The notes: generated from the letters alone by a model not told the origin. A stretch of DNA of 35,200 nt from an uncultured Oscillospiraceae bacterium (GCA_944386875.1 CALXCS010000101.1:1-35200), one strand, 5' to 3'; shown: positions 17,590 through 27,766, numbered from the stretch's first letter. Made by a program: numbers and translations.

Positions 17590-17928
17590 ATGGCCAAATA
17601 TGAAAAGACATTGGTAAGCGGGAACTTTTCAGGTCTTTTGCAGGCGATTGACAATGGTATACTAAACGGAAGCGCTTCGGCTTCCTATGAGGACGGCAGC
17701 GATTTTACCATAGGCGGTGTTAACTGTGCTGTCCGCGTCTATGAAAGGTATAGTATGCTGGGAGGAAACAGAGTGAGCCTGAATGTTACGCTTTTAAGCG
17801 ACGGTAACTATATTAATGTTTCGGCAATTACTTCAGGCGGAAGCGAGGCGGTTTTCTTTAAAATAAATACACTGGGTGAGAGCTCTTTTTTAAATGAGCT
17901 TATAGATGTGGTTGAAAACTTCCAATAG
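17590..17928 (+). CDS. Hypothetical small cytoplasmic protein (conserved-looking, function unknown)
   Basis: 112 aa. GGAGGTG RBS 5 nt upstream of the ATG. 'CAVRVYERYSMLGGNRVSLNVTLL...ITSGGSEAVFFKINTLGE' looks like a conserved Firmicute DUF, but I cannot name it with confidence. Confidence 0.65.
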   Translation: MAKYEKTLVSGNFSGLLQAIDNGILNGSASASYEDGSDFTIGGVNCAVRVYERYSMLGGNRVSLNVTLLSDGNYINVSAITSGGSEAVFFKINTLGESSFLNELIDVVENFQ

Positions 17929-17935
17929 ACACTTT

Positions 17936-17961
17936 AATTGCGGCACATAAGTGCCGCAATT
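17936..17961. terminator. Hairpin between convergent genes
   Basis: Perfect 11-bp stem AATTGCGGCAC / GTGCCGCAATT with loop ATAA. The flanking sequence is A/T-rich but has no clean U-tract. Confidence 0.6.
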
Positions 17962-17978
17962 ATTATATTTCTGCTATT

Positions 17979-19199
17979 TTACCAATCATAACCGTAGTCC
18001 GGGCGGACATCATAGTCAAATACGTCTTTTGCATCGTAAAATTTAAGATATCTGTCTCTCGAGTGGCGAAGAGTAGTGCCGTCAGGGTGAAGCCTGTCGC
18101 AGATTACGGCACATATATCATTTTTGATATAGCTGAAAGATTCAATACCAACAGATGCGAAAACTCTAAACCCCAGGCTTTGCAAATATTTGAATACCTC
18201 GCCGGTGTTGGTCCAATCTCCTCCGTCAGGTCTGGCTCCGTGGGGATAGAACAATAATGTGGTTTCACCTACAAGGGAGCCAACTTCATCCATCCAGCGG
18301 GTCATATCACTCTGTACAGATTCTACATCATGCAACGACAGGTTTATGTGTCCCCATGTGTGGCAGCCAAAGTACCAGCCTGTTGCGCTGAGCCGCTCTA
18401 TAATAGGCTTGACAGCCGCAATTTCACTTTGACGGTATTCTTCATCCTCTGGCGTCCATGACTTTGTGTCTGTGTTGGTGCGGTAACCGAATATCCCCTG
18501 ATAGCCGGTGAGTGACAGACACGCCTTGGCGCCATTTAGAGAAAAGTCAGGATGTTCTTCAACGAACTTGTCTAGTATTGTTATAATATCAAGATCCTGA
18601 GATATTACTTCGTTGCCCTCAGGGTCTAGCCCCCAGGACCAGATTTCGCCGTCATCACCGATTATGAGCTTATAGGTAAAACCGTTTTCCAGCATATAAT
18701 CGTAATAATTTGTGTCATCAATAGATATTACTAGAGGAATCTTTCCCTCTGGTATCATCAGGGTGTTGCGGCGCATACGCTGCTGGCCGTCCTCGGTAGT
18801 ATATTCAGACCAAATGTCATTCATGTCAATGAGAATATAGCCTTTTTCATAGAGACTATCGAGAATTTTATTAAACTCGCTTACAGTGACCATCCAGTCG
18901 TCAAGACCCTTTTCCTGGCTGTCTCCGTCGAATGCCAGCTCCGGATAGGCTATCACTGGGTGGAAAAAGATATGCTCCACAGTTCCGTTGTACTCAACCA
19001 ATGTGCTGGGATCAAACTCATAATACTCATATACAAATGGCTCAGGTTCCGGCTCCTGATCTTCTACAGGCTCCACAGTGACATCTTCATTAACGTCTTC
19101 ATCAGACGGCGCTTCTTTGCTGCCGCACGAGGAAAGGGAGAGCATCAGAGCAACGCACAGGACAATTATTATAAATGAATGTGTTTTTTTTAGATACAA
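17979..19199 (-). CDS. Polysaccharide deacetylase-like (NodB-type) lipoprotein
   Basis: It has 'ISIDDTNYY' and 'GCHTWGHINL' (D-D and H-x-x-x-H metal motifs) and the lipobox 'LSLSSC'. I prefer the TTG start at 19199, which has AGGGAGG 7 nt upstream and gives 'MYLKKTHSFIIIVLCVALMLSLSSC'. ATG 19226 is the alternative. Confidence 0.6.
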   Translation of the reverse strand: MYLKKTHSFIIIVLCVALMLSLSSCGSKEAPSDEDVNEDVTVEPVEDQEPEPEPFVYEYYEFDPSTLVEYNGTVEHIFFHPVIAYPELAFDGDSQEKGLDDWMVTVSEFNKILDSLYEKGYILIDMNDIWSEYTTEDGQQRMRRNTLMIPEGKIPLVISIDDTNYYDYMLENGFTYKLIIGDDGEIWSWGLDPEGNEVISQDLDIITILDKFVEEHPDFSLNGAKACLSLTGYQGIFGYRTNTDTKSWTPEDEEYRQSEIAAVKPIIERLSATGWYFGCHTWGHINLSLHDVESVQSDMTRWMDEVGSLVGETTLLFYPHGARPDGGDWTNTGEVFKYLQSLGFRVFASVGIESFSYIKNDICAVICDRLHPDGTTLRHSRDRYLKFYDAKDVFDYDVRPDYGYDW

Positions 19200-19288
19200 G
19201 GATAACCCTCCCTTAGACTTTTTCATCAATTATACTCTAATCTTCTGGGAAATAAAACACTCAATAAATACAATTAGTTACAGACTTA

Positions 19289-19297
19289 TGGTATAAT
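19289..19297 (+). promoter_or_regulatory. Candidate extended -10 element for addBA
   Basis: TGgTATAAT at 19289-19297, about 60 nt upstream of the addB ATG, with only a weak -35. It lies inside the over-extended ORF-track start. Confidence 0.4.
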
Positions 19298-19358
19298 GTT
19301 ATCAATATGGAACAAACGGCCGAATCTTTTCGACGTGGAGATATTGGGGAAGACGATT

Positions 19359-22300
19359 ATGTTTACACTTGTTTTTGGAAGAGCTGGAAGCGGTAAGACA
19401 TCAAACATATATAAAGAGCTTGCTAGGCTTACCGCGGAGAAAAAAGAGGACAATATACTTATAGTTCCCGAGCAGTATTCCCATGATGCAGAGCGCGCCC
19501 TTGCGGAGACATGTGGGAATAACTGCAGCCTTTATGCGGAAGTGCTCAGTTTTTCAAGACTGTGCAGCAGGGTGTTCGCTCAAACCGGAGGAATGTCAGA
19601 GAGGCTGCTTGACAATGGCGGACGCGTATTGGCCATGTCTTTGGCGCTTATGAACGCGTCGCAACAACTAAAGATATACGGAGTTGGCAGCAGACGTCCG
19701 GATTTTATAATGGGTTTTCTGAACGCATATGATGAAATGCGCTCATCCGGTGCTGATGCCTCTGCTTTTGCAGATATTGGATACAGATACAACGATTCCT
19801 TCGGGGACAAACTCTCTGATCTGGCGCTGATATTTGATGAGTATGAATCGATTAAACAAAAAAGTGGGTGCGATGCAAGGGACAGGCTTGAGAGATTGGC
19901 ACAGGATATCGGTTCGAGTACCATAGGGGACCGCGGCGAGGTGTATATTGACGGTTTTACAGATTTTACATATCAAGAGCTGCGGGTGATACGTGAGCTT
20001 ATGAAAAAGGGCGCAAACCTTACAGTTGCTTTGACTTGCGCCGGATTTGGAGACAGAGGCGCGGCATTTGAACCTGCGGTAAAGACGGCCAACCGGCTTA
20101 TGTCCATGGCGTCACGTCAGGGACAGAAGGTTAAAATATTTGAGTTGGGTAATCCGTCAGGGAAGGCCGCTGCACTGCTGCATCTGGAGCGGTTTTTGAT
20201 GGACAACGGGGAAGAGAGATTTGATGGCAGTAATGATTGTGTGAGAGTTTCAGTGGCGAGCAGCAGAACTGAGGAATGCGAGTACGCTGCCGCCAGGGCA
20301 CTTGAACTTCTGAGAAAAGGCAGCAGAATGCGAGAGATTGCAGTTGTATCGCCTGACTGGGAGAGCTATGATTCGATAATGCGTGAAGTATTTAAAGACT
20401 ACGGTTTGACGCTTGGGCTTACGGAAAAGAACGACATACTTGAAAAGCCGGCAGTCTCTCACGTTATATCTGCACTGGAGGTATTAGACGGAAACTGGAG
20501 ATATGAGGATATATTTAAATACCTGAAAACTGGCATATTGGATATTTCCCTGGACGAGAGAGATGTTTTGGAAAACTATGTATTAAAGTGGTCTATAACT
20601 GGGAGATCTGCCTGGACAAAAGAGACGGACTGGTGTATGAACCCAGAGGGCTATTCTGAGACAATTGATGAAACAGCAAAGGATGAGCTGGATAAAATTA
20701 ATCAGCTGAGAAACATAGTGGCATACCCGTTGGAAAAACTTCAGAAAGCGATGAACTCATCTTCCGGAGCGCTTGAAAAGGTACGCACTGTTTATTCATT
20801 TATGGAGGACACCGGATTATATGGGGCAATAGAACGGCGAAGAATAGATTTAGAGCGTCAGGGAGATCTTGAATTAAGCGATGAGTACTCACAGCTCTGG
20901 GATATTATTGTAGGCGCTCTCCAGCAGTTTGCAGATATCATGGGAGACAGGCCCTTAGACCTTACCGAGTTTACTAAACTTCTGAAATTGGTGCTTACAC
21001 AGTATAAAGTTGGAATTATACCTGCATATGTTGACTGCGTCAAAGCTGGCGACATGGCTAGAGTGCGTGCCAGAGGCATAAGGCACTTGATTGTCGTCGG
21101 CGCAGTAGACGGTGCCATGCCGAAAAACAGTGTGAGTTCCGGTGTCTTCACTGAACAAGAGCGAGACAAACTGAGAGAGGAAGGCATAGAGCTTCTAGAT
21201 ACGGCGGACGACTATATCTCGAGGGAACTTGGCAATATTTACGCTTCCTTCACTGTACCCTCAGAATCTCTTGACATAACGTATCCAGCGGGAGAAAGAA
21301 AATCATATATTGTGACACGCGCTGAAAGGTTGCTGGGAATAAATGAGAGGCAAATCGGTGAAGACCGTTTGACGGCCGCAATAACACCCTGCTTTGAACT
21401 GGCGGCAACAGGGGACAGCGCAGAGGCCCAGGCGGCGGTAGAATATTTCGAGTCACAGGACAGCTGGAGAGAAAAGCTGGAGCTTACACGTCAGGCCGCA
21501 TCAATGTCACGAGGAAGACTGTCCAAAATTATGGCGCGGCATCTATACGGAGACAGGCTGAATATTTCAGCCTCGCGTGTTGATAAGTACTACTCCTGCA
21601 GATTTTCTTATTTTTTGCAGTACGGGTTAAATGCCAAACCCAGAAAAGCAGCTGCACTTGACGCGCCAGAGACGGGAACTTTTATGCATTTTATTTTGGA
21701 ACGGTCAGTGCGTGAGATAGAAAGAGCAGGGGGCTTTGCTGAGATAAGTGAACGCGAGGTTGCAGACATAGTCAGGGCAAGTGTAAGAGAATATGCAGAG
21801 AGAAGACTGGGCGGTTTTGAGGGCAAAACCGGCAGGTTCAAGTATCTCTATGAACGTCTGGCAAAAAGTGCTGTCTTTGTTGTTATGAATATGGTGGACG
21901 AGCTGAGAGAATCAGAATTCAGGCCGGTGGATTTTGAACTGCATTTTTCAAATGGAGGAGAATTGGAGCCAGTAGAAATCAACAGTAAAAGTGTCACTGT
22001 CTCTATTAATGGTATAGTGGACAGGGTTGATGGCTGGGAAGAGGATGGGAAATTATTCATTAGAGTAGTAGATTACAAAACAGGCGTACGTAAATTTAAC
22101 CTCTCAGATGTCTGGTACGGCATGGGTATGCAGATGCTGATATATCTTTTTGCCCTGCAGAGAATGGGCGGAGAGAGATATGGCAAGGAGATTGTACCTG
22201 CCGGAGTTTTGTACGCTCCTGCCAGAGATGTGATAGTTCAAGCTCACCACGATTTGGAGGATGCCGAACTTGAAAGCAGGAGAATCAAGAATTCCCAGCG

Positions 22301-22664
22301 CAGTGGACTGCTGCTCAACGACAGCGCGGTTCTTGAGGCGATGGAACGGGCATATGGGGCAGGCGTTTTGCCTGTAAAAGTAAATAAGGAGGGTAACCCA
22401 ATTGGGGACAGTCTTGCCAGCCTTGAGCAGCTGGGGAAACTGTCAAAAAAGGTAGATGAACTCATATGCTATATGGGAGAAGAGCTTATGAATGGTTCAA
22501 TAAGGGCCGACCCATATTATAAAAGCCAGATAGACAACGCCTGCATATACTGTGACTATTTTGAAGCATGCAGGTTTAATGACGGTAATGGAGAAGACCG
22601 GACCAGACGTATTAGGCACATGAACGCAAGCGAGACGTGGAAGCTGATCCAGGAGGCGGATTGA
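19359..22664 (+). CDS. addB: Helicase-nuclease AddAB, subunit B
   Basis: It has an N-terminal 'GRAGSGKTS', a C-terminal RecB-type nuclease, and an Fe-S cysteine cluster ('...CIYCDYFEAC'). The start is placed at ATG 19359. Its stop overlaps the addA start (TGATG). Confidence 0.9.
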   Translation: MFTLVFGRAGSGKTSNIYKELARLTAEKKEDNILIVPEQYSHDAERALAETCGNNCSLYAEVLSFSRLCSRVFAQTGGMSERLLDNGGRVLAMSLALMNASQQLKIYGVGSRRPDFIMGFLNAYDEMRSSGADASAFADIGYRYNDSFGDKLSDLALIFDEYESIKQKSGCDARDRLERLAQDIGSSTIGDRGEVYIDGFTDFTYQELRVIRELMKKGANLTVALTCAGFGDRGAAFEPAVKTANRLMSMASRQGQKVKIFELGNPSGKAAALLHLERFLMDNGEERFDGSNDCVRVSVASSRTEECEYAAARALELLRKGSRMREIAVVSPDWESYDSIMREVFKDYGLTLGLTEKNDILEKPAVSHVISALEVLDGNWRYEDIFKYLKTGILDISLDERDVLENYVLKWSITGRSAWTKETDWCMNPEGYSETIDETAKDELDKINQLRNIVAYPLEKLQKAMNSSSGALEKVRTVYSFMEDTGLYGAIERRRIDLERQGDLELSDEYSQLWDIIVGALQQFADIMGDRPLDLTEFTKLLKLVLTQYKVGIIPAYVDCVKAGDMARVRARGIRHLIVVGAVDGAMPKNSVSSGVFTEQERDKLREEGIELLDTADDYISRELGNIYASFTVPSESLDITYPAGERKSYIVTRAERLLGINERQIGEDRLTAAITPCFELAATGDSAEAQAAVEYFESQDSWREKLELTRQAASMSRGRLSKIMARHLYGDRLNISASRVDKYYSCRFSYFLQYGLNAKPRKAAALDAPETGTFMHFILERSVREIERAGGFAEISEREVADIVRASVREYAERRLGGFEGKTGRFKYLYERLAKSAVFVVMNMVDELRESEFRPVDFELHFSNGGELEPVEINSKSVTVSINGIVDRVDGWEEDGKLFIRVVDYKTGVRKFNLSDVWYGMGMQMLIYLFALQRMGGERYGKEIVPAGVLYAPARDVIVQAHHDLEDAELESRRIKNSQRSGLLLNDSAVLEAMERAYGAGVLPVKVNKEGNPIGDSLASLEQLGKLSKKVDELICYMGEELMNGSIRADPYYKSQIDNACIYCDYFEACRFNDGNGEDRTRRIRHMNASETWKLIQEAD

Positions 22665-25600
22665 TGGCAGAAATAAAACTTACTAAACAGCAGTCTGTTG
22701 CAGTGGAAAGCACTGGAGGACAGCTCCTTGTCTCAGCTGCGGCTGGCAGCGGAAAAACAAAGGTGATTGTCGAGAGGCTTATGCACAAAATTGACCAGGG
22801 GTTCCATATAGACAATTTCCTTCTGATAACTTATACAAACGCTGCTGCAGCGGAGCTCAGGGCGAAAATACTTGATACACTCTATGAGCGCATAGCAGTC
22901 AAACCTGAAAACCGCAGATTGCGCCGTGAGATTGATTTGTGTGGAAGGGCGCACATTGGTACGATACACAGTTTTTGTGCCGGAGTAATCAGGGAAAATG
23001 CGGGAGTACTCGGTATAGCGCCGGATTTCCGTATATGTGATGAGAGCGAAAGCAGGATACTAAAGGATGAAACGCTAAGAGAGCTGCTTGACGAGATGTA
23101 CGATGTGGCTGACCCTGGATTTGTTAAACTGGCAGATACCATGGGTGCGGGAAGAAATGACAACGCGCTTGTAAATATCGTGCTGGATACCCACGAAAAA
23201 ATATTAAGCCACCCAGACCCAGCAGGATGGGTGCAACAGCAGATTTCCATGTTAAAGGCCCTTGACCCCGCAGCTGACGCTTCAGATACGATTTGGGGAA
23301 GACAGATTTGCGACAGGGCCAGGTCGCTGGCTGCGTACTGGCGCAGCCAGATGGAAGGGCTGGTATCTGAGATTAAGGAACTTCCCGATTTGGAAAAAGC
23401 CTACGGACAGAGTATAGATGTCACTTGCGCTTGCCTTCAGAGGTTTTGCGATGCCTTGGGAGAGTCCTGGGACTCGGCGAGAGAGTGCTCAAAAATAGAA
23501 TTTCCACGGGCAAAAAGTATCTCAGGCTACGATGATATCAAGGCGATAAGGAATCGATGCAAGAAAGCCGTGGAAAAACTGCCGGATATGTTCCACGATG
23601 AGTCCGAAAAAGTTTTGAGAGATCTTATTGAAACAGCCCCTATCGTAGAAGCTCTTTTTAATCTTGTGCTGAGATTTGACAGAGAATACGCTGACAGGAA
23701 AAAGAGAAGAGGACTGCTGGATTTTTCAGATCAGGAGCACATAGCGTTAAAGCTGCTGGTAGATTTAAACACCGGAATGCCAACGGAAACAGCAAAACAG
23801 ATCTCTGACAGATTTGCCGAAATAATGATTGACGAGTACCAGGACGTAAATGAGATTCAGGAGATTATTTTTTCTTCAGTATCCCGAAACATGGAAAATA
23901 TCTTTATGGTAGGTGATGTAAAACAGTCTATTTATCGCTTCAGATTGGCTGATCCCACTATCTTCTTGAATAAGTACCGATCATTTAAAGATGTGGAAGA
24001 AGCGGAAAAAGGAGAGGGCAGACGAGTAATACTCTCAAAGAATTTCCGCTCCAGAAAGGAAATCTTGGACAGTGTAAACTTTGTTTTCAGAAATGTTATG
24101 AGTCGGGAATTTGGAGAGCTTGACTATACTAAACGGGAGTACCTGTATGCCGGTGCGGAGTATTTGGAGTGTGAGGAAGAGCCGGTGGAAGTAGATCTGC
24201 TTGATTTAAGCGCTAGTGAAGAGTGGAACGACTTGAACCGCAGCCAAGCAGAAGCCAGATTTGTTTCTAATCGCATTAAAGAGCTGATTGCGTCTTTCAG
24301 AGTATCGGACGGCGCGTCAGGAACGAGACCTGCCGAGTATGGAGATATTGCAGTGCTGATGCGCTCTCCAAGAAGCCATATGCGGGAGTGGATAGAACAA
24401 TTTGCAAAAGACGGAATTCCAGTCAATGTAGACGCCGACACGAGTTTTTTTGATGAACCTGAGGTGACGATAATCATATCTCTTCTGACTATTATTGATA
24501 ACCCAAGGCAAGATATTCCGCTTATTTCGGTGATGAGAAGCCCAGTCTACGGGTTTACACCTGATGACCTGGCAAAGATAAGGATCTGTGACCGACAAGG
24601 AGATTTTTATTCAGCTCTTGTAAAGTCCGCAGAAGAGAATGAAAAAAGCAGAGAGTTTTTAAACCAATTGAATAGATTTCGAAATACTGCGCCCGATATG
24701 CCGGCGGATAGATTTATCTGGTTTGTCTATAGGCAGACAAATTTGCTTGCGATAGCAGGAGCTATGCCTGAGGGGAAAAAACGTAGGGACAACCTGATGA
24801 CGCTATTTCAATTGGCAAGCAGGCTTGAAAGCAACGGATATAAGGGGCTATTTGGGTTTATAACATATATACGTGAGATGATGGCCAGAGGGGAATCTCC
24901 AACAGAAGGGGCGCCTGCGTCCAGTGCAAATGCCGTTACTATAATGAGCATACATAAATCCAAAGGACTTGAATTTCCGATTGTTATTCTTGCAGATCTG
25001 GCAAAGCGGTTTAACACTGACGATTCAAATAAGCCGCTTTTATTACATCCGGAGTTGGGAATTGGTCCAAAGCATATCGATGCTATAAGGAGACTAGCCT
25101 ATCCTACGATAGCAAGGACAGCTATAAGATATAGACTGATTTCCGAAAGTATGTCTGAGGAGCTCAGAGTGCTGTATGTGGCGATGACCAGAGCGAAAGA
25201 AAAATTGATAATGCTTGTGACATACAAAAATGCACAGCGTGAGATTTCAAGGCTGTCGGGTATTCCAATTCCTGCGCCGCCTCAATTTCTGGAAGAGACG
25301 CACAGTGCAGCTGACTGGCTCCTTATTACTGCGCTGCATAGACCGGAGAGCGAGCCAATACGTTTTGGACTGCCTATGGTGCCTTGCAATGACGGAAGTG
25401 TTTGGAAGATACACCTTATAAAAGGGCCAGAAGAGCCGACTGAGCGGAGAAACAGCTGTGCGCCGTTAGATAGGGAGAACTCAAGTGGAGAGAGAACTGA
25501 ATACTCAATTGCCGATAAGCTCAATTATAAATATCCGTATTTAGACGCTGCTCACCTACCTTCAAAGGTAACTGCGACTGAACTAAAAGGTACTTACAGG

Positions 25601-26206
25601 TTCCAGGAGGCAGCCGAGGAAGCACAGCCGATATCAGGTTTGGGGGACAGGACATTGCCTCCAGGACGGCCTGACTTTATGGAGGGTGTGCGTGGGCTTA
25701 CAGCTGCACAGATAGGGACGGCCACCCACATAGTAATGCAGTTTATTAATTTCGATAAGTGTATGACTATCGGTGGCGTACAAGAAGAGATAGAGCGACT
25801 CAGGTTATTGAGAACGATAACTGATGAACAGGCGGAAGCAGTTTCACCGCAAATAATTACTAGTTTTTTTAACAGTGATCTGGGACAGATAATAATGGAT
25901 GCCGACAAGCTGTGGCGGGAGTTTAAATTTTCACTGCTTGTAGACTCAGGTGAAATACCTGGTTTCTCAGCTGGAGAGAAGCTGCTGATGCAGGGCGTAG
26001 TTGACTGCTGTATTGAGAAAAACGGAAAGCTTACAATTTTGGATTTTAAGACAGATTTTGTTACTCATGAGACAGCCCGTGAAAAGGCAAATGGCTATCG
26101 AGGCCAGTTGGAGGCGTATGCACTGGCAATGGAACGTATACTCGATGAGCCGGTTAAAAAGAAAGTGATTTGCTTTTTGACTGCCGGGATTAATGTGGAA
26201 CTGTGA
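22664..26206 (+). CDS. addA: Helicase-nuclease AddAB, subunit A
   Basis: UvrD/Rep-type motifs ('AAAGSGKT', 'DEYQDVN', 'NFRS', 'TIMSIHKSKGLEFP', 'LYVAMTRAKEKL') plus a C-terminal RecB nuclease domain ('GVVDCCI...LDFKTD'). AGGAGG RBS upstream of ATG 22664. Confidence 0.9.
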   Translation: MAEIKLTKQQSVAVESTGGQLLVSAAAGSGKTKVIVERLMHKIDQGFHIDNFLLITYTNAAAAELRAKILDTLYERIAVKPENRRLRREIDLCGRAHIGTIHSFCAGVIRENAGVLGIAPDFRICDESESRILKDETLRELLDEMYDVADPGFVKLADTMGAGRNDNALVNIVLDTHEKILSHPDPAGWVQQQISMLKALDPAADASDTIWGRQICDRARSLAAYWRSQMEGLVSEIKELPDLEKAYGQSIDVTCACLQRFCDALGESWDSARECSKIEFPRAKSISGYDDIKAIRNRCKKAVEKLPDMFHDESEKVLRDLIETAPIVEALFNLVLRFDREYADRKKRRGLLDFSDQEHIALKLLVDLNTGMPTETAKQISDRFAEIMIDEYQDVNEIQEIIFSSVSRNMENIFMVGDVKQSIYRFRLADPTIFLNKYRSFKDVEEAEKGEGRRVILSKNFRSRKEILDSVNFVFRNVMSREFGELDYTKREYLYAGAEYLECEEEPVEVDLLDLSASEEWNDLNRSQAEARFVSNRIKELIASFRVSDGASGTRPAEYGDIAVLMRSPRSHMREWIEQFAKDGIPVNVDADTSFFDEPEVTIIISLLTIIDNPRQDIPLISVMRSPVYGFTPDDLAKIRICDRQGDFYSALVKSAEENEKSREFLNQLNRFRNTAPDMPADRFIWFVYRQTNLLAIAGAMPEGKKRRDNLMTLFQLASRLESNGYKGLFGFITYIREMMARGESPTEGAPASSANAVTIMSIHKSKGLEFPIVILADLAKRFNTDDSNKPLLLHPELGIGPKHIDAIRRLAYPTIARTAIRYRLISESMSEELRVLYVAMTRAKEKLIMLVTYKNAQREISRLSGIPIPAPPQFLEETHSAADWLLITALHRPESEPIRFGLPMVPCNDGSVWKIHLIKGPEEPTERRNSCAPLDRENSSGERTEYSIADKLNYKYPYLDAAHLPSKVTATELKGTYRFQEAAEEAQPISGLGDRTLPPGRPDFMEGVRGLTAAQIGTATHIVMQFINFDKCMTIGGVQEEIERLRLLRTITDEQAEAVSPQIITSFFNSDLGQIIMDADKLWREFKFSLLVDSGEIPGFSAGEKLLMQGVVDCCIEKNGKLTILDFKTDFVTHETAREKANGYRGQLEAYALAMERILDEPVKKKVICFLTAGINVEL

Positions 26207-26251
26207 TTTATATGGCAACATTTGTTTTTTATAGATATTGTGAAAAAACTG

Positions 26252-26280
26252 TTGCTTTTTTGAGAATGTAGTGGTAGAAT
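26252..26280 (+). promoter_or_regulatory. Candidate sigma-A promoter for rpmE
   Basis: TTGCTT (26252-26257), 17-nt spacer, TGgTAGAAT (26272-26280). Confidence 0.5.
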
Positions 26281-26330
26281 ACACTTTGCGTGATTATGAC
26301 GCTTATACGCTGACGAAAGAGGTGAACATA

Positions 26331-26531
26331 ATGAAGGAAGGTATCCATCCAAAGTACGAACAGACAACCATCAGGTGCGCCTGCGGAGAGGTTATAGAGA
26401 CGGGCAGTACAAAGAGTGATATTAAGGTTGAGATTTGCTCAAAGTGTCACCCCTTTTATACCGGTAAACAGAAGCTGGTTGATACCAGCGGACGTGTTGA
26501 CAAGTTCAACAAGAAGTTTGGCCTTAAGTAA
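26331..26531 (+). CDS. rpmE: 50S ribosomal protein L31 (zinc-ribbon type)
   Basis: 'MKEGIHPKY...CACG...[13 protein letters not shown]' with 4 Cys. The start is at ATG 26331, with AAGAGGTG upstream; the ORF track extends to 26271. Confidence 0.95.
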   Translation: MKEGIHPKYEQTTIRCACGEVIETGSTKSDIKVEICSKCHPFYTGKQKLVDTSGRVDKFNKKFGLK

Positions 26532-26544
26532 TTGGATGCAACAG

Positions 26545-26580
26545 TTAAGGGACTGCGTTGATCGCAGTCCCTTAATTTTT
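26545..26580 (+). terminator. Intrinsic terminator after rpmE
   Basis: Perfect 13-bp stem TTAAGGGACTGCG / CGCAGTCCCTTAA, 5-nt loop, T5. Confidence 0.85.
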
Positions 26581-26588
26581 ATCTGCTG

Positions 26589-27587
26589 TTATCCCCAGAC
26601 CCAGCTGAGCAGAGAATTGGAATCGTCTCTGCCGTCGATAAGATCCATGGCGCGTACAAGCATTTTGGCGGCATCGGCCCTCGTAAGCTGCGAAGATGAG
26701 ACATTGTCAAAATCGATTGAAATTATATTGCATGAAGACAGATTTGCAGATGCCTGCTGCGCCCATGCTGGGACAGTCTCAGATGATGTGCTGCTTACGT
26801 CTGTTATATCTAGGGTATTATTGAGCATAACTGTCGCTTCGGCAAAGGTGATATTGTCATTTGCTGAAAAGACTATTCTGCCCATATTATCGCTTTTACC
26901 GCTGATAATATCAGATACCAGGGCCGTAGTTACATAAGGCTTTTGCCATACGGGGATGTCTTCGTCGTCAAAAAAACCTGTTCTTGTTATGCCTGACAGG
27001 AGCTCAGAGCCGCCTAGCTCCATACACATCACAAGGAATTCTCCACGCGTCACAGGAGTATTTGGAGAGAAGAGGTACTCACCGCCCACCTGTTCGCCTA
27101 TGAAAATTTCCCTCTCAGCAAGTGCTGTAGCCTCGTACCAGGCATCACTGTCCTCCATATCTGAATATACAATGTCAGTCTTCTGCTTTTTAATACTGAT
27201 TGTTACGGTGGCTGTGTTTGATATATTGCCTGAGGTATCCTTTGCCACATATGAGAAGGTATCTTTGCCTTTTTTACCAGATAATGGGGTATAAGTGAAG
27301 GTGTCACCGTCGATTGTAACAGTACCTTTGTCAGGATCTTTAGTGAGCATATATGTGACAGGGTCGCCCTCGGGGTCAATGGATGCAAATTTGCTGGTCA
27401 CAGTTACTTCTCTGTAGGTTTCCAGTTGAATATTTTCAGCCACTGGTGCAGAATTCAATATTTCTACCGTTGCAGTAGTGATATAGGCGGCAGCCATAAC
27501 GGGTGAAAGTCCCGCAGCAATAACTGAAACAAGGAGTACTAACGCTAAAATAACGGGTTTCGTATGGACATTTTTCTTCGTTTTCAA
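26589..27587 (-). CDS. Cell-wall-anchored protein: signal peptide, Ig/cadherin-like domain, SLH repeats
   Basis: The 'DPEGDPVTYMLTKDPDKGTVTIDGDTFTYTP...DTFSYVAKDTSGN' block is a bacterial cadherin/Ig-like repeat. The C-terminal half has SLH-like repeats ('DAWYEATALAEREIFIGE...VTRGEFLVM'). The start is placed at TTG 27587, with GGAGGG 7 nt upstream; the ORF track extends to 27602. Confidence 0.7.
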   Translation of the reverse strand: MKTKKNVHTKPVILALVLLVSVIAAGLSPVMAAAYITTATVEILNSAPVAENIQLETYREVTVTSKFASIDPEGDPVTYMLTKDPDKGTVTIDGDTFTYTPLSGKKGKDTFSYVAKDTSGNISNTATVTISIKKQKTDIVYSDMEDSDAWYEATALAEREIFIGEQVGGEYLFSPNTPVTRGEFLVMCMELGGSELLSGITRTGFFDDEDIPVWQKPYVTTALVSDIISGKSDNMGRIVFSANDNITFAEATVMLNNTLDITDVSSTSSETVPAWAQQASANLSSCNIISIDFDNVSSSQLTRADAAKMLVRAMDLIDGRDDSNSLLSWVWG

Positions 27588-27766
27588 AATTCTACCCTCC
27601 AACTATATTTCTGCTTACATTAAGGACGTACAAAGCGACGGATATGACCGGTCGTATTTGCCTTCTGAGGGTATTGTTTCTGCTAACCGGAAAAAATATT
27701 CTCCGACATAGAAAAAACAAGTTAAAAGAAAATCAAAAAAATATATATAACATTTCATTTTTAGTG

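Noticed and set aside
26416-26937. 173-aa plus-strand ORF
   Set aside because: It is antisense to the SLH/cadherin-like protein gene, starts inside rpmE, runs through the rpmE terminator, has no RBS and has a low-complexity translation.
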